From the NCBI GenBank assembly GCA_034114085.1, contig JAXEWB010000024.1, forward strand, positions 11,405 through 75,404: 64,000 bases of DNA, written 5' to 3'. A program made the position numbers and the translations under genes. Positions 1 through 9,376 of this stretch are shown here, in pieces (within the stretch, counting starts at the first letter, position 1; each line of letters begins with the position of its first letter). The notes beneath the pieces are model-generated. The model ran no database searches and was not told the DNA's origin. It saw only the letters and a program-made list of their open reading frames with translations. The DNA is from Sphaerochaetaceae bacterium (lineage in GTDB: Bacteria; Spirochaetota; Spirochaetia; Sphaerochaetales; Sphaerochaetaceae).

Positions 1-417
1 CGGCATGACCTTGCGGGCCGCTTCGATACCCATGATATTGGCCGGCATATGAAGTGGGCCAAGCGGGATGATTCCCTTAAGATCTTCAACTACTTGATCA
101 GTTACCAGCGTTGACTTCTTGAACAGTTCGCCTCCATGCAGTACCCGATGTCCGACGGCACCGATTTGCGACAGGTCGTCAATGACTCCGTATTCCTTGT
201 CCAGCAGCAGACTGATGATTAGCTCGATGGCTTCCTTGTGGGTAGGGGAAGAGAACTTGGTGGCGTACTGGGGCTTGCCGACAGCGTTATGCTCGATTGT
301 CGAATACTCCAAGCCGATGCGCTCTACTACACCGACAGCCAGGACATCCTTGTTGTCCCAGTCGTATACCTGGTATTTTGCGGATGAACTACCACAATTC
401 AGAGTCAGAATAACCAT
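1..417 (-). CDS. ackA: acetate kinase, N-terminal part (gene continues beyond the left edge)
   Basis: Absent from the ORF track because there is no stop in the window. The reverse complement from ATG (417-415) reads MVILTLNCGSSSAKYQVYDW...GHRVLHGGELF...PLHMPANIMGIEAARKVMP. This is the typical acetate/propionate kinase N-terminus. A GAGGAG RBS lies just upstream on the minus strand. Confidence 0.9.
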   Translation of the reverse strand, partial: MVILTLNCGSSSAKYQVYDWDNKDVLAVGVVERIGLEYSTIEHNAVGKPQYATKFSSPTHKEAIELIISLLLDKEYGVIDDLSQIGAVGHRVLHGGELFKKSTLVTDQVVEDLKGIIPLGPLHMPANIMGIEAARKVMP

Positions 418-691
418 GAAATACACTCCTCGATTCTTGGTTTATCAGAATAAAAATTAAATTTTGGTATTAATGATATGCGTCAAAAATTGTCGCATGA
501 ATTGAAGAAAAAAGCAACGGGAGAAGACTATGGATTCGTTCATCTCGCATGTATTTCCTGGCTCACTGTGTTTTTTTCTGTATCGTTCATTCCAGTTTTT
601 CTTATTGCGGGAAAATACTGAGAAACTTGCTCTGAACGTGGGTTTCTTGAGGTCTTTGAATCACCAGCCGGGTTTTTTCATCTGATATGGT

Positions 692-2152
692 ATGAAGTAC
701 CAACCAGATTTGCCAAATTCCAGTCTGCGTATCCTGTTTCTTCTCCTGATATTCTTGTGGCTGGACACCTTTCTTTCAGGTTCCTCCAAGGCCCTTTCAT
801 CAGGGTCTTCATCGTGGCGTCCCGTTTCCCTGCTTACGACAGGGTTCTGCCAAGATGGGGGAAAACGATGGATTCGAACCGACTTGCGTTCTTTGCATGC
901 AACCGCCGCGTGCATGTTTGAGGGCGATGTCTCGATTCATCATTCCCTGGACCTGCCCGGCGGCGACGTATCGCCAGCGGGGATATCCAGCCCTGTCGTG
1001 CGCTTTGCGGGTAAGCTGACATTTTTAGATGGGCTACAGGTTCAGATTGGATGGCTACGACCCCGAAACCTTGCGTATGACCTGTTTCACCCCATGCGAC
1101 TGTCCGCCGTCGCCGATGGCATCCCCCTTGGAGGCGATTTCTTCAGTTTCCCTACGGCGACTACATCACAACATATATTTCCTGGGATCGCATTAGAGTA
1201 TTCTGCCGACTCCAAGTGGTTGGGAGCCATGACATTCGGCGTAGCGACGGGCTTTCCTTGCTGGACGGGGGAAAAACCGATGCTTTCCATGATGCTTATG
1301 GAATCGCAGCCCTCGGCAATCAGAATTTCCATCGGTCTGTTGTTCGTCCACAACACGGAGGGGTTGTCCTCGGGCGAGGCTCCGACGGTCGCATCGCCAT
1401 CCATTGAATGGTCCGCCGTACATCCTTTTCTTGCATTTGTGGCGTTGGGCAAGGTCGAATCCAGTCCTGTGCCATTCATGGGTTTTGCCATCCGGTCCGG
1501 CGTCTCTTTCAGGATGGGGTTTGATCGTTCCCTCGGCTATGGCGCGACCAGCGGCTGGTTTGTTACTGCGAAACGCCGGGAGACTGAGATCGAAGCGTAT
1601 TGGAAGCACGACGCAGGTGGATTCCAGTTGACCTCGCCAGTCGGTCCGCAACAACGGCCAATTCAACTGTCGCGGTTGGTTTTGCGTTACTGTGCATCAT
1701 GGTTCCTTGTGGAATGCCAGTATGATGACACCCTGTACCAGCCCCCGGTGCATGGAGGTTCGCGGCAACGTCGAAAAGCTACGGGCGATATATCATTCTC
1801 AATATTGAGCAAGGCTGCTTCATATAAGGTGTTCGTCAAAGATGCTGCGACATGGTTTCCAGATGGAAGGCGGAGCGGAATCCGTACCCTTGGGATCAAC
1901 CTGAAAAACACTGTCCGGGGAGTGTCGTGCATACTGACGGGCGAAGTCGCATGGTTACGCGGCGGCGGAAACCTGCCGGAGTTGTTCGGAGGGTATAAGC
2001 TCCTGCTGGATGTCGGTATCGCCCGCATCTCGTGGAGTGCGGACGCATTCTTCGTCTCCTTGAAGTTGCGCGAATCGTTGCGCAACGGCAGCCTGACTTG
2101 TTCCATCGATACGAAAAGACGTTTTTCTCTTTCGTTTTCACTATCGTTGTGA
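692..2152 (+). CDS. hypothetical protein, possibly secreted and beta-rich
   Basis: A 486-codon open frame is unlikely by chance at this GC content. It has a hydrophobic N-terminus (LRILFLLLIFLWLDTFLSG), and its codon usage resembles the neighbours. I recognise no motif. The start is uncertain. Confidence 0.5.
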   Translation: MKYQPDLPNSSLRILFLLLIFLWLDTFLSGSSKALSSGSSSWRPVSLLTTGFCQDGGKRWIRTDLRSLHATAACMFEGDVSIHHSLDLPGGDVSPAGISSPVVRFAGKLTFLDGLQVQIGWLRPRNLAYDLFHPMRLSAVADGIPLGGDFFSFPTATTSQHIFPGIALEYSADSKWLGAMTFGVATGFPCWTGEKPMLSMMLMESQPSAIRISIGLLFVHNTEGLSSGEAPTVASPSIEWSAVHPFLAFVALGKVESSPVPFMGFAIRSGVSFRMGFDRSLGYGATSGWFVTAKRRETEIEAYWKHDAGGFQLTSPVGPQQRPIQLSRLVLRYCASWFLVECQYDDTLYQPPVHGGSRQRRKATGDISFSILSKAASYKVFVKDAATWFPDGRRSGIRTLGINLKNTVRGVSCILTGEVAWLRGGGNLPELFGGYKLLLDVGIARISWSADAFFVSLKLRESLRNGSLTCSIDTKRRFSLSFSLSL

Positions 2153-2315
2153 CTGTTGCGTTTCGATACATAGTCCTCTCGCGACATGAGAATTTTAAGC
2201 CGTGTCGTTTTCTATTGATGTTGGTTCATGGCATATATTTTTGTGATGTTACGGAATAAATGATTTGGCGGACGCTGTTTTTATCTGAGGGATGGTCTGA
2301 TGTCATTGAAATAAT

Positions 2316-3428
2316 ATGAAGACTTTCTGTAATATGGAAAATGCGCCGAATCAGACAAAGGAACAAGCTTCAATGAAGAATAAAAATAAAAGTATGGTTG
2401 CGACGTTTCATGCGTTGTTGGCCGCAGTGTTCTATTCCCTGAACACCCCGTTGTCAAAGGTGTTGTTAAACGATGTGCCGCCGACTTATATGGCGGCGTT
2501 TTTGTACCTGGGCGCAGGGGGTGGTGTCGGTCTGATGTATTTATTCCATTGGAAGAATGAGGATAAAGATGAACGACTCGGGAAAAGCGATCTGCCGTAT
2601 GCTTTTGGAATGATAACGTTGGATATACTGGCGCCAATTTTTCTCATGGTGGGCATAAATATCGGTTCCGCTTCAAATGCATCATTGCTTGGGAATTTTG
2701 AAATTGTGGCGACAGCAGTGATAGCATTGCTGTTTTTCAAGGAGGCTGTATCAAGCAGGCTATGGATAGCGATAGGGTTTATTACACTCTCCAGCATCAT
2801 TCTATCTTTTGAAGGCGGCACTAGCTTTGAGTTTTCATATGGTTCTCTTTTTGTGCTTATGGCCACGATCTGCTGGGGTCTTGAAAACAACTGTACGAGA
2901 AGCATATCGGATAAGAGTACTTATCAGATTGTAACATTGAAGGGCGTATTGTCTGGTAGCGGTTCATTTGTCGTAGCGTCTACGCTGGGAGAGAAACTGC
3001 CTGAATTGAGATTTATCATATATGCGTCGCTACTGGGTTTTGTCGCATATGGCCTGAGCATTTTCATGTATGTCAGGGCGCAACGCAATCTAGGGGCTGC
3101 GAAGACAAGCGCCTATTATGCGTTCGCTCCATTTATCGGCGCTTTTCTGTCTTTTGTTTTAAATGGAGAACATCTAACGCTGATTTACATGGTCGCGCTC
3201 TCTTTTATGGTTGTCGGCACAGTATTTGTCGTGCTTGATACAATGGTCAAGCACCATGCGCATCTGCATGTTCATTCTGTTGAACATACCCATGGCGGTG
3301 TTGCTCATACGCATGTAATTATGCACAGCCATGGACATAACCATATCGTGGGGGCTGAAAAACATGAACATCGTCATAAAGATTATGGACCGAGTGAAGA
3401 GCATATGACCGCCCATGCCAACCCGTAG
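2316..3428 (+). CDS. DMT/EamA-family transporter with histidine-rich C-terminal tail
   Basis: About 10 predicted TM segments and EamA-like repeats (FHALLAAVFYSLNTPLSKVLL..., CWGLENNCTR). The last ~60 aa contain about 18 His (HHAHLHVHSVEHTHGGVAHTHVIMHSHGHNHIVGAEKHEHRH). The start may be an internal Met. Confidence 0.8.
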   Translation: MKTFCNMENAPNQTKEQASMKNKNKSMVATFHALLAAVFYSLNTPLSKVLLNDVPPTYMAAFLYLGAGGGVGLMYLFHWKNEDKDERLGKSDLPYAFGMITLDILAPIFLMVGINIGSASNASLLGNFEIVATAVIALLFFKEAVSSRLWIAIGFITLSSIILSFEGGTSFEFSYGSLFVLMATICWGLENNCTRSISDKSTYQIVTLKGVLSGSGSFVVASTLGEKLPELRFIIYASLLGFVAYGLSIFMYVRAQRNLGAAKTSAYYAFAPFIGAFLSFVLNGEHLTLIYMVALSFMVVGTVFVVLDTMVKHHAHLHVHSVEHTHGGVAHTHVIMHSHGHNHIVGAEKHEHRHKDYGPSEEHMTAHANP

Positions 3429-3518
3429 GCGCATTATGTTTCCGTGATATTTCAAGGAAATTGATTGCCTCGTAGCTTGAATTCTTCTTGTAGCCGAAGA
3501 ATTGAAGTGTTCAACCCA

Positions 3519-4442
3519 TCAGCTTGGTTGGAAATCTTCTTCTCTCCAATCTCCGATCAATTTGATTTCGCGTTGGAGGTCAATGCCGGTAGCTTCCAGC
3601 ACCGTGCGTCTGGCGATCTCCGCCAATCGCCAGATATCCAAACTGGTCGCCTTGTGTTCTGGATTTAAAAAGAAATTTGCATGAGCGACGCTGATTTGCG
3701 CTCCTCCATACCGACGGCCCTTGAGTCCGCGTTCCTCTATGAGTTTGCCTGCGAACAGTCCTTCTTTCGGATTCTTGAACATGCTTCCAGCCGATGGATA
3801 GTCATATTGCCCCGTCTGCCTTCTTTTTGTTTTTGCCTGTTCCTTGCGAAGCCTCGCTTCGGCGGTCTGGTTCGTCGGCGCCAGCCTAAAGCCCGCTTCA
3901 AAAATGACCAAATCGTCCCTATCTGAAAAAGGAGAGTGCCTGTAGGAGAACAGATCTGTAGTCGCTTCCATTCTATGGAGGTTTCCGTCCAGCGTCAGAT
4001 AGTCGATGTATTCCAATGACTGGCTGATCTGTAGTCCCGGTACTCCTGCATTGCCCGCGATTGCACCGCCGACCGTCCCCGGTATGCCCCCCAGCCGCTC
4101 CATCCCCGCAAGTCCGTTCTCAATTGCAAAATTGATTGCCTTGTCTAACGATAAGCCGCATCGGCTACAGAGAAGTTCACCCCGTACATGGCAACTGGTA
4201 AGCTTGCGGGTGAACAACACCATTCCCCGGATACCCCGGTCGCTGACTAGGACATTCGAACCGCCGCCAAGGATAGTGAGCGGCAGTTGCCGTTGTCGCA
4301 CGAATTCTAGCGTTTCCCTAAGTTCTTGCAATGAAGTCGGAGTGGCCGTGTAATCCGCCGTACCGCCACATTTAAAGGTTGTATGTTCGGCAATGGATTC
4401 GTTTTGTGTAATCAGGTTCTCATATGATGATTGTTCGTCCAT
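3519..4442 (-). CDS. murB: UDP-N-acetylenolpyruvoylglucosamine reductase
   Basis: FAD-binding MurB motifs: TTFKCGGTADY, LTILGGGSNVLVSD, GIPGTVGGAIAGNAG, SAGSMFKNP. The start is placed at MDEQSS, which has an AAGGA RBS about 8 nt upstream. The ORF-track start at 4577 has no RBS. Confidence 0.9.
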   Translation of the reverse strand: MDEQSSYENLITQNESIAEHTTFKCGGTADYTATPTSLQELRETLEFVRQRQLPLTILGGGSNVLVSDRGIRGMVLFTRKLTSCHVRGELLCSRCGLSLDKAINFAIENGLAGMERLGGIPGTVGGAIAGNAGVPGLQISQSLEYIDYLTLDGNLHRMEATTDLFSYRHSPFSDRDDLVIFEAGFRLAPTNQTAEARLRKEQAKTKRRQTGQYDYPSAGSMFKNPKEGLFAGKLIEERGLKGRRYGGAQISVAHANFFLNPEHKATSLDIWRLAEIARRTVLEATGIDLQREIKLIGDWREEDFQPS

Positions 4443-4671
4443 ATTGGTCGTCCTTATTTGAATATCCATTTTGTTATTGATGATGATGTTGTTGGAGTGC
4501 ACGACTCTCCCGTTGTAAGGAGTGTCTGAAATAGGCAAGTCGGGCCGGCTTGTCAAAGCCAGCATTGATTTTTTCACCGGTATTGCTTATTGTTGTATCC
4601 ATACGGGTATATTATCCCGTTTTGCTGGCTCAGACAACAAACATCTGTGCTGGCTGAAGGAGCCCAAAATC

Positions 4672-6087
4672 ATGTCAGTTTTTTTGTACAACACGATGTC
4701 CCGCAGTGTCGAACCGTTCAAGCCTATTTCTGATGAACATGTAACGATGTACTGTTGCGGGCCGACCGTGTACAACTACGCCCATATTGGAAACCTTCGC
4801 ACCTATATCTTTGAAGATGTGCTTAAGCGTACTCTGCTTCATGCGGGTTACAAGGTAAAGCATGTCATGAACATCACCGACGTCGGCCACCTGACTGGAG
4901 ACGGTGACGACGGCGAAGACAAGATGGAGAAAAGCGCGCGGGAATCAGGCAAAAGCGTCTGGGATATCGCGTGTTTCTATACCGAAGCGTTTTTCAAGGA
5001 CTTTGATGCCCTTCACAATATTCGTCCTGACATCATCTGTAAAGCGACTGACCACATTTCCGACATGATCGCATTGATCAAGCGTTTGGAAGTCGGCGGA
5101 CATACGTACATCGCCGGAGGAAACGTCTACTTCAGTATCGACACCTTCCCCGACTACGGCAAACTGGCTCGCCTGGATTTGAACGAACTCCGCAGTGGTG
5201 CGCGCATTGACGTGGACGACAACAAGCGCAATCCCAAGGATTTCGTCCTGTGGTTCACCAACAGCAAGTTCGGAGAGCAGGCGATGATGTGGGATTCACC
5301 ATGGGGAAGGGGGTATCCCGGCTGGCATGTCGAATGCTCCGCCATGAGCATGAAATATCTCGGTGAGCATTTCGACATCCATTGCGGAGGGATCGACGCG
5401 ATTCCCGTCCATCATACCAATGAAATAGCGCAGAGCGAAGCCGCGACTGGCCATACGTGGGTCAACTATTGGTTGCATGGAGAATTCCTGTTGAACGACA
5501 CGGGTAAGATGAGCAAAAGCTCCGGTGAGTTCCTTACCTTGCCTGTTATAATCGGCAAGGGCTATGAGCCTGTGGACTATCGGTATTTCATTCTCGGTGG
5601 ACACTATCGTTCTCAGCTCAGGTTCTCGTGGCAGGCTTTGGACACCGCCAGGACCAGCCGCAAGAACCTGTTCGATCGTATCGCTTCCCTCAAGGCTGAG
5701 ACGGCGCCTGCCAGTGAACTTGGCGCCGTTGCGTCAAAATGGGCAGCTTTGTTCGACGAGCATCTGTTCAATGACTTGAACGCACCCCGCGGCCTCGCCG
5801 ACCTTTGGGGAGTGTTGAAGGACGATGCTGTTCCTGCGGCTGAAAAGCTTGCCGCCGCTTATGGCATGGATGCCGTCCTGGGGTTCGGGCTGGAAACTGT
5901 GCGGGCCAGGAAACAGGAAGATGAACTGGTCGACGATCCCCAGGCATTGGCGTTGGTGGAGCAGCGCGCAGTAGCTAAAAAAGCACGCGACTTCAAGCTC
6001 GCCGATGAAATCAGAGCCAAGCTGGATACCTTGGGGTATATTGTAAAAGACACACCTACAGGGACTACGCTTGTAAAAAAGATGTAA
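4672..6087 (+). CDS. cysS: cysteine--tRNA ligase
   Basis: MYCCGPTVYNYAHIGNLRTY (HIGH region), KMSKS present (GKMSKSSG), class I CysRS layout. The start is at MSVFLYNT (4672). Confidence 0.95.
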   Translation: MSVFLYNTMSRSVEPFKPISDEHVTMYCCGPTVYNYAHIGNLRTYIFEDVLKRTLLHAGYKVKHVMNITDVGHLTGDGDDGEDKMEKSARESGKSVWDIACFYTEAFFKDFDALHNIRPDIICKATDHISDMIALIKRLEVGGHTYIAGGNVYFSIDTFPDYGKLARLDLNELRSGARIDVDDNKRNPKDFVLWFTNSKFGEQAMMWDSPWGRGYPGWHVECSAMSMKYLGEHFDIHCGGIDAIPVHHTNEIAQSEAATGHTWVNYWLHGEFLLNDTGKMSKSSGEFLTLPVIIGKGYEPVDYRYFILGGHYRSQLRFSWQALDTARTSRKNLFDRIASLKAETAPASELGAVASKWAALFDEHLFNDLNAPRGLADLWGVLKDDAVPAAEKLAAAYGMDAVLGFGLETVRARKQEDELVDDPQALALVEQRAVAKKARDFKLADEIRAKLDTLGYIVKDTPTGTTLVKKM

Positions 6088-6115
6088 CCAACATCAAGGT
6101 TTGTTGTTAAGGATT

Positions 6116-6646
6116 ATGGAAATCAAAAGTAGCGACGAGCAGACATTTCGGCAAGTCTATGAGGATGTATTTCCTATTGTGATGAAAGTTGCGTACCATG
6201 TGACTTTCAACATTGATGTAGCCGAGGATATCTGCCAGGAAGCGTTCATCAGGTTCTATGACAAGGGCATGGAGTTCGCTTCCGAGGATGACGCCAAGTA
6301 TTGGCTGATCCGGGTGACGAAGAATCTCGCCATCAACCATGTGAAACGCAAGATGCGGGAGCAGGGGATGGTGGACAAGATCAAGAAGATGCCGGCTCCT
6401 GGTTCATATAAAGACGGTGGGGATGAGCTGGTATTCAAGGAGACTCGGGCGTTGGTGCGTGAGGCCGTTGAAAAGCTACCGGAGAAGTTCCGGTCTGTCA
6501 TCGTACTGAAAGAGTACGCTGATATGGATTACAAACAGATCGGCAAGGTTCTCCAGATTTCTGAAAGCAACGTGAAGGTCAGAGTGCATCGGGCCCGTAA
6601 GATGATGGAGTCGATGCTAGACCGGGAGGAAGTGAATGTGCCTTGA
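6116..6646 (+). CDS. ECF-family RNA polymerase sigma factor (sigma-70 regions 2 and 4)
   Basis: The region 2 pattern is FRQVYEDVFPIVMKVAYHVTFNIDVAEDICQEAFIRFY...YWLIRVTKNLAINHVKRK. The region 4 HTH is VIVLKEYADMDYKQIGKVLQISESNVKVRVHRARKMM. A TTG at 6101 is an alternative start. Confidence 0.85.
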   Translation: MEIKSSDEQTFRQVYEDVFPIVMKVAYHVTFNIDVAEDICQEAFIRFYDKGMEFASEDDAKYWLIRVTKNLAINHVKRKMREQGMVDKIKKMPAPGSYKDGGDELVFKETRALVREAVEKLPEKFRSVIVLKEYADMDYKQIGKVLQISESNVKVRVHRARKMMESMLDREEVNVP

Positions 6647-7235
6647 TGACCAGATACTCAACACCTATCTTGACGGTGAACTGGCGGAGCCGTGGAAGAC
6701 CCAGGTAGAGGAGCATCTCAGCTATTGTCCGGCTTGTAAAGCCCGGTTTGAACAATTGCGGAAGCTCCATGAGGTCATCGCGGGAGCTGTTCTCACCGAT
6801 GAAGAGATTGCTCCGCATCAGGCGAAGGTTCTTTCTTTCATTGAACACAACTATCTGGACAAGCATAAGAAAGTGAGTTTCTTTCGCCGTAAGCTAAAAG
6901 TCGGTATTCCAACGATCATCACCGCCGCCGCGGCGTTCGTGGTTGTGTTTATCGGCGCATTTGTCCTGTTCGGGACCAATGGACAGCAGACCGCGGAGAT
7001 CATCCCCGGCATGACGATGACCGTGGATAGCGCGAACATCATGCAGGTCCGCGCATCGGACAACATCGCCGCGTCCCGTACTTTGGACAGTTATTCCCTT
7101 GAGGAGATCCTCAAGTATCTTGACGGAAAAGGATATGATGTAGATGTTCGGCTGAAGGGCATCACACCGTTGGACCAGGATCCTTCCGTAAATCAGGATT
7201 CCTTGGGGGATATCGCTAATGAGCCTGTACTTTGA
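6636..7235 (+). CDS. anti-sigma factor, zf-HC2 type, single-pass membrane protein
   Basis: Overlaps the sigma gene by 11 nt. N-terminal zf-HC2 motif (HLSYCPACKARFEQL), one TM segment (IPTIITAAAAFVVVFIGAFVLF), then an extracytoplasmic tail. Confidence 0.8.
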   Translation: MCLDDQILNTYLDGELAEPWKTQVEEHLSYCPACKARFEQLRKLHEVIAGAVLTDEEIAPHQAKVLSFIEHNYLDKHKKVSFFRRKLKVGIPTIITAAAAFVVVFIGAFVLFGTNGQQTAEIIPGMTMTVDSANIMQVRASDNIAASRTLDSYSLEEILKYLDGKGYDVDVRLKGITPLDQDPSVNQDSLGDIANEPVL

Positions 7236-7270
7236 TCTGCAAAAACGGAGACAGGAGCAATGACATGAAA

Positions 7271-7298
7271 TCCGGCGCTGAAAACGCCGGATTTTTTT
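7271..7298 (+). terminator. intrinsic terminator after the sigma/anti-sigma pair
   Basis: The perfect 7-bp stem is TCCGGCG/CGCCGGA with loop CTGAAAA. It is followed by TTTTTTT. Confidence 0.8.
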
Positions 7299-7466
7299 GA
7301 TCCAAGGGGAAGCCTGCGACCGTCGGTACCGGCAGTTTAAAAAGCCGATCCCAAGCTTTATCATCACCAAAGAAAATCCTGGATTTCCGATATATAGCTT
7401 CCCGTGGACAAACTCCATGGGTTAGGGTAGAGTCTGAGGGAACAAAATTCACTCTAGGAACGGGTA

Positions 7467-8924
7467 ATGAAGAAAATCCTATTTGTCGCTTCTGAATGCG
7501 TGCCGTTCGTCAAGACGGGCGGGCTGGCCGATGTCGTAGGCAGTTTGCCCAAAAGCATAGACAAACGACAGTTCGACGTACGTGTCATCATTCCGAACTA
7601 TCATGCCATCAAGGAAGAATACCGCAGTCAGCAACGGGTGCTATACTATTTTCAAATGGACGATAGAGTGTATGTTGGCGTCCATGAACTTGTACTCGAT
7701 GGGATCACCTACTATTTTATTGACAATGAACGGTATTTCGGCGGTCTTGTGCCGTACTATGACATGTTTCAGGATCTGGAACGGTTCGCATTCTTTTCCA
7801 AAGCGGTGCTGTCCAGTCTCCCGCTGATTGATTTCAGGCCGGACATCATCCATTGCCATGATTGGCAAGCCTCGCTGGTGCCCGTCTATCTGAACACCGT
7901 TTTCCAAGGCGATCCGTTTTTCCGTGGCATCCGCACGGTGATGACAATCCACAACATCCGCTTCCAGGGGACGTGGGATGTCGGTCATATCAGATGGGTT
8001 TCCGGCCTGCCCGACGAATGTTTCATGCCGGGGCGTCTGGTGAGTCCGTTCCAGGATCGCTCGGTGGAGTTCTCCAGTTGGAACTGTAGCATGCTTCGGG
8101 GCGGTATCGTGTATTCGGACTATGTCACTACTGTCAGCCGGACCTATGCTCAGGAGATTCAGACGATGAATTTCGGAGATGGTCTGGACGATATCCTCCG
8201 GTGGCGAAGCGACCGATTGATCGGAATCGTGAACGGAATCGACTACGATGTCTGGAACCCCATGACGGACGGACTGCTCGCCACCCGCTATTCTGCCGGA
8301 GACGTCGTAAAAAAGAAAGTCGAAGACAAGCTGGCTTTGCAACAGGAACTTGGCATGGGACGGAACGGCGATGTCTTTACATTGGGGATCGTGTCCCGTC
8401 TGACCGACCAAAAGGGATTGGACCTCATCGACCAGATTATGGATCTGATCTGCCAGAAGGGGATCAATCTTGTCGTCTTGGGAACCGGTGACGGTCATTA
8501 CGAGAACATGTTCCGGTATTATCAAGGCAAATATCCCGGTCGCGTGTCGGCGCAGATCTACTATTCCGAATCGCTCGCCCATAGAATCTACGCGGGTGTC
8601 GACGCATTGCTGATTCCGTCTGCCTTCGAGCCTTGCGGCCTTACCCAGTTGATTTCCCTCCGTTACGGTACTGTCCCCATAGTCCATGAGATTGGCGGCT
8701 TGAAGGATACCGTGGAACCCTACAATGAGTACGAGGACAAGGGGACCGGTTTTTCGTTCGCCGGTTATAGTTCTTGGGAGCTGATGGATCGCATCAACCA
8801 CGCCCACTACATCTTCCAGCGATGCCCTGAATCCTGGCACCGTCTTCAGGTGCGTGGCATGGAACAGGACAATTCGTGGAAAAACTCCAGCGAAGAATAC
8901 CAACGGATGTATGGCTGGATGTAA
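7467..8924 (+). CDS. glgA: glycogen synthase (ADP-glucose type)
   Basis: The N-terminus MKKILFVASECVPFVKTGGLADVVGSLPK is the classic GlgA KTGGL motif. GT5 layout; C-terminal PSAFEPCGLTQL. Confidence 0.95.
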   Translation: MKKILFVASECVPFVKTGGLADVVGSLPKSIDKRQFDVRVIIPNYHAIKEEYRSQQRVLYYFQMDDRVYVGVHELVLDGITYYFIDNERYFGGLVPYYDMFQDLERFAFFSKAVLSSLPLIDFRPDIIHCHDWQASLVPVYLNTVFQGDPFFRGIRTVMTIHNIRFQGTWDVGHIRWVSGLPDECFMPGRLVSPFQDRSVEFSSWNCSMLRGGIVYSDYVTTVSRTYAQEIQTMNFGDGLDDILRWRSDRLIGIVNGIDYDVWNPMTDGLLATRYSAGDVVKKKVEDKLALQQELGMGRNGDVFTLGIVSRLTDQKGLDLIDQIMDLICQKGINLVVLGTGDGHYENMFRYYQGKYPGRVSAQIYYSESLAHRIYAGVDALLIPSAFEPCGLTQLISLRYGTVPIVHEIGGLKDTVEPYNEYEDKGTGFSFAGYSSWELMDRINHAHYIFQRCPESWHRLQVRGMEQDNSWKNSSEEYQRMYGWM

Positions 8925-9376
8925 TTTCGTTTGCTTGAGCGTCTTGCTTCAAAAACAAACCGTCACTTGAAAGACTCAGATATATCATTATCTGGTATGT
9001 TGTTATTTCTGTTTTCTTATATAGGGCCGGTGGCATGTTGGTCGCTAGCTGATGGTGAGTTCATTTCTATCCGGTAGCATCGATGAAGTTGGGGCTGCTT
9101 CGGTTATAATCATAAGATAAAGTCCTGTTCGTTCCATGGAAGCCCCGTCTGACTACCGGAAAAACAGTCGGTGAGCCTGTTTTGAGGAATTGCGCGGAAC
9201 GTAACTAACACCCGCTTCCTGCTTGCTGTGGAGACTGCATGTTTATCCAAACGACATAATCCCATCGCTTTGGGTGTACCATAAATATCAGGCTTCACCG
9301 CCACTTGGTGGATTGTCTTAACAATGCATTTCTGCTACCATGAATCCACTATTTTTTGCTGCCAGGAGGCGTGCCA

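Noticed and set aside
119-460. 113-aa plus-strand ORF at the left edge.
   Set aside because: It is antisense to the clearly recognisable acetate kinase N-terminus, and its low-complexity Ser/Pro/Thr-rich translation has no motif.
8925-9376. T-box leader, tmRNA, RNase P RNA or SRP RNA in the glgA-valS gap.
   Set aside because: Only superficial similarities were found: GGGGCTG as at a tmRNA 5' end, AAAGTCC as in RNase P, AGCAGGAAGC on the minus strand as in SRP. None is accompanied by the other obligatory conserved blocks (tRNA-like 3' end, T-box 14-mer, GGAAGGAAGCAGC).
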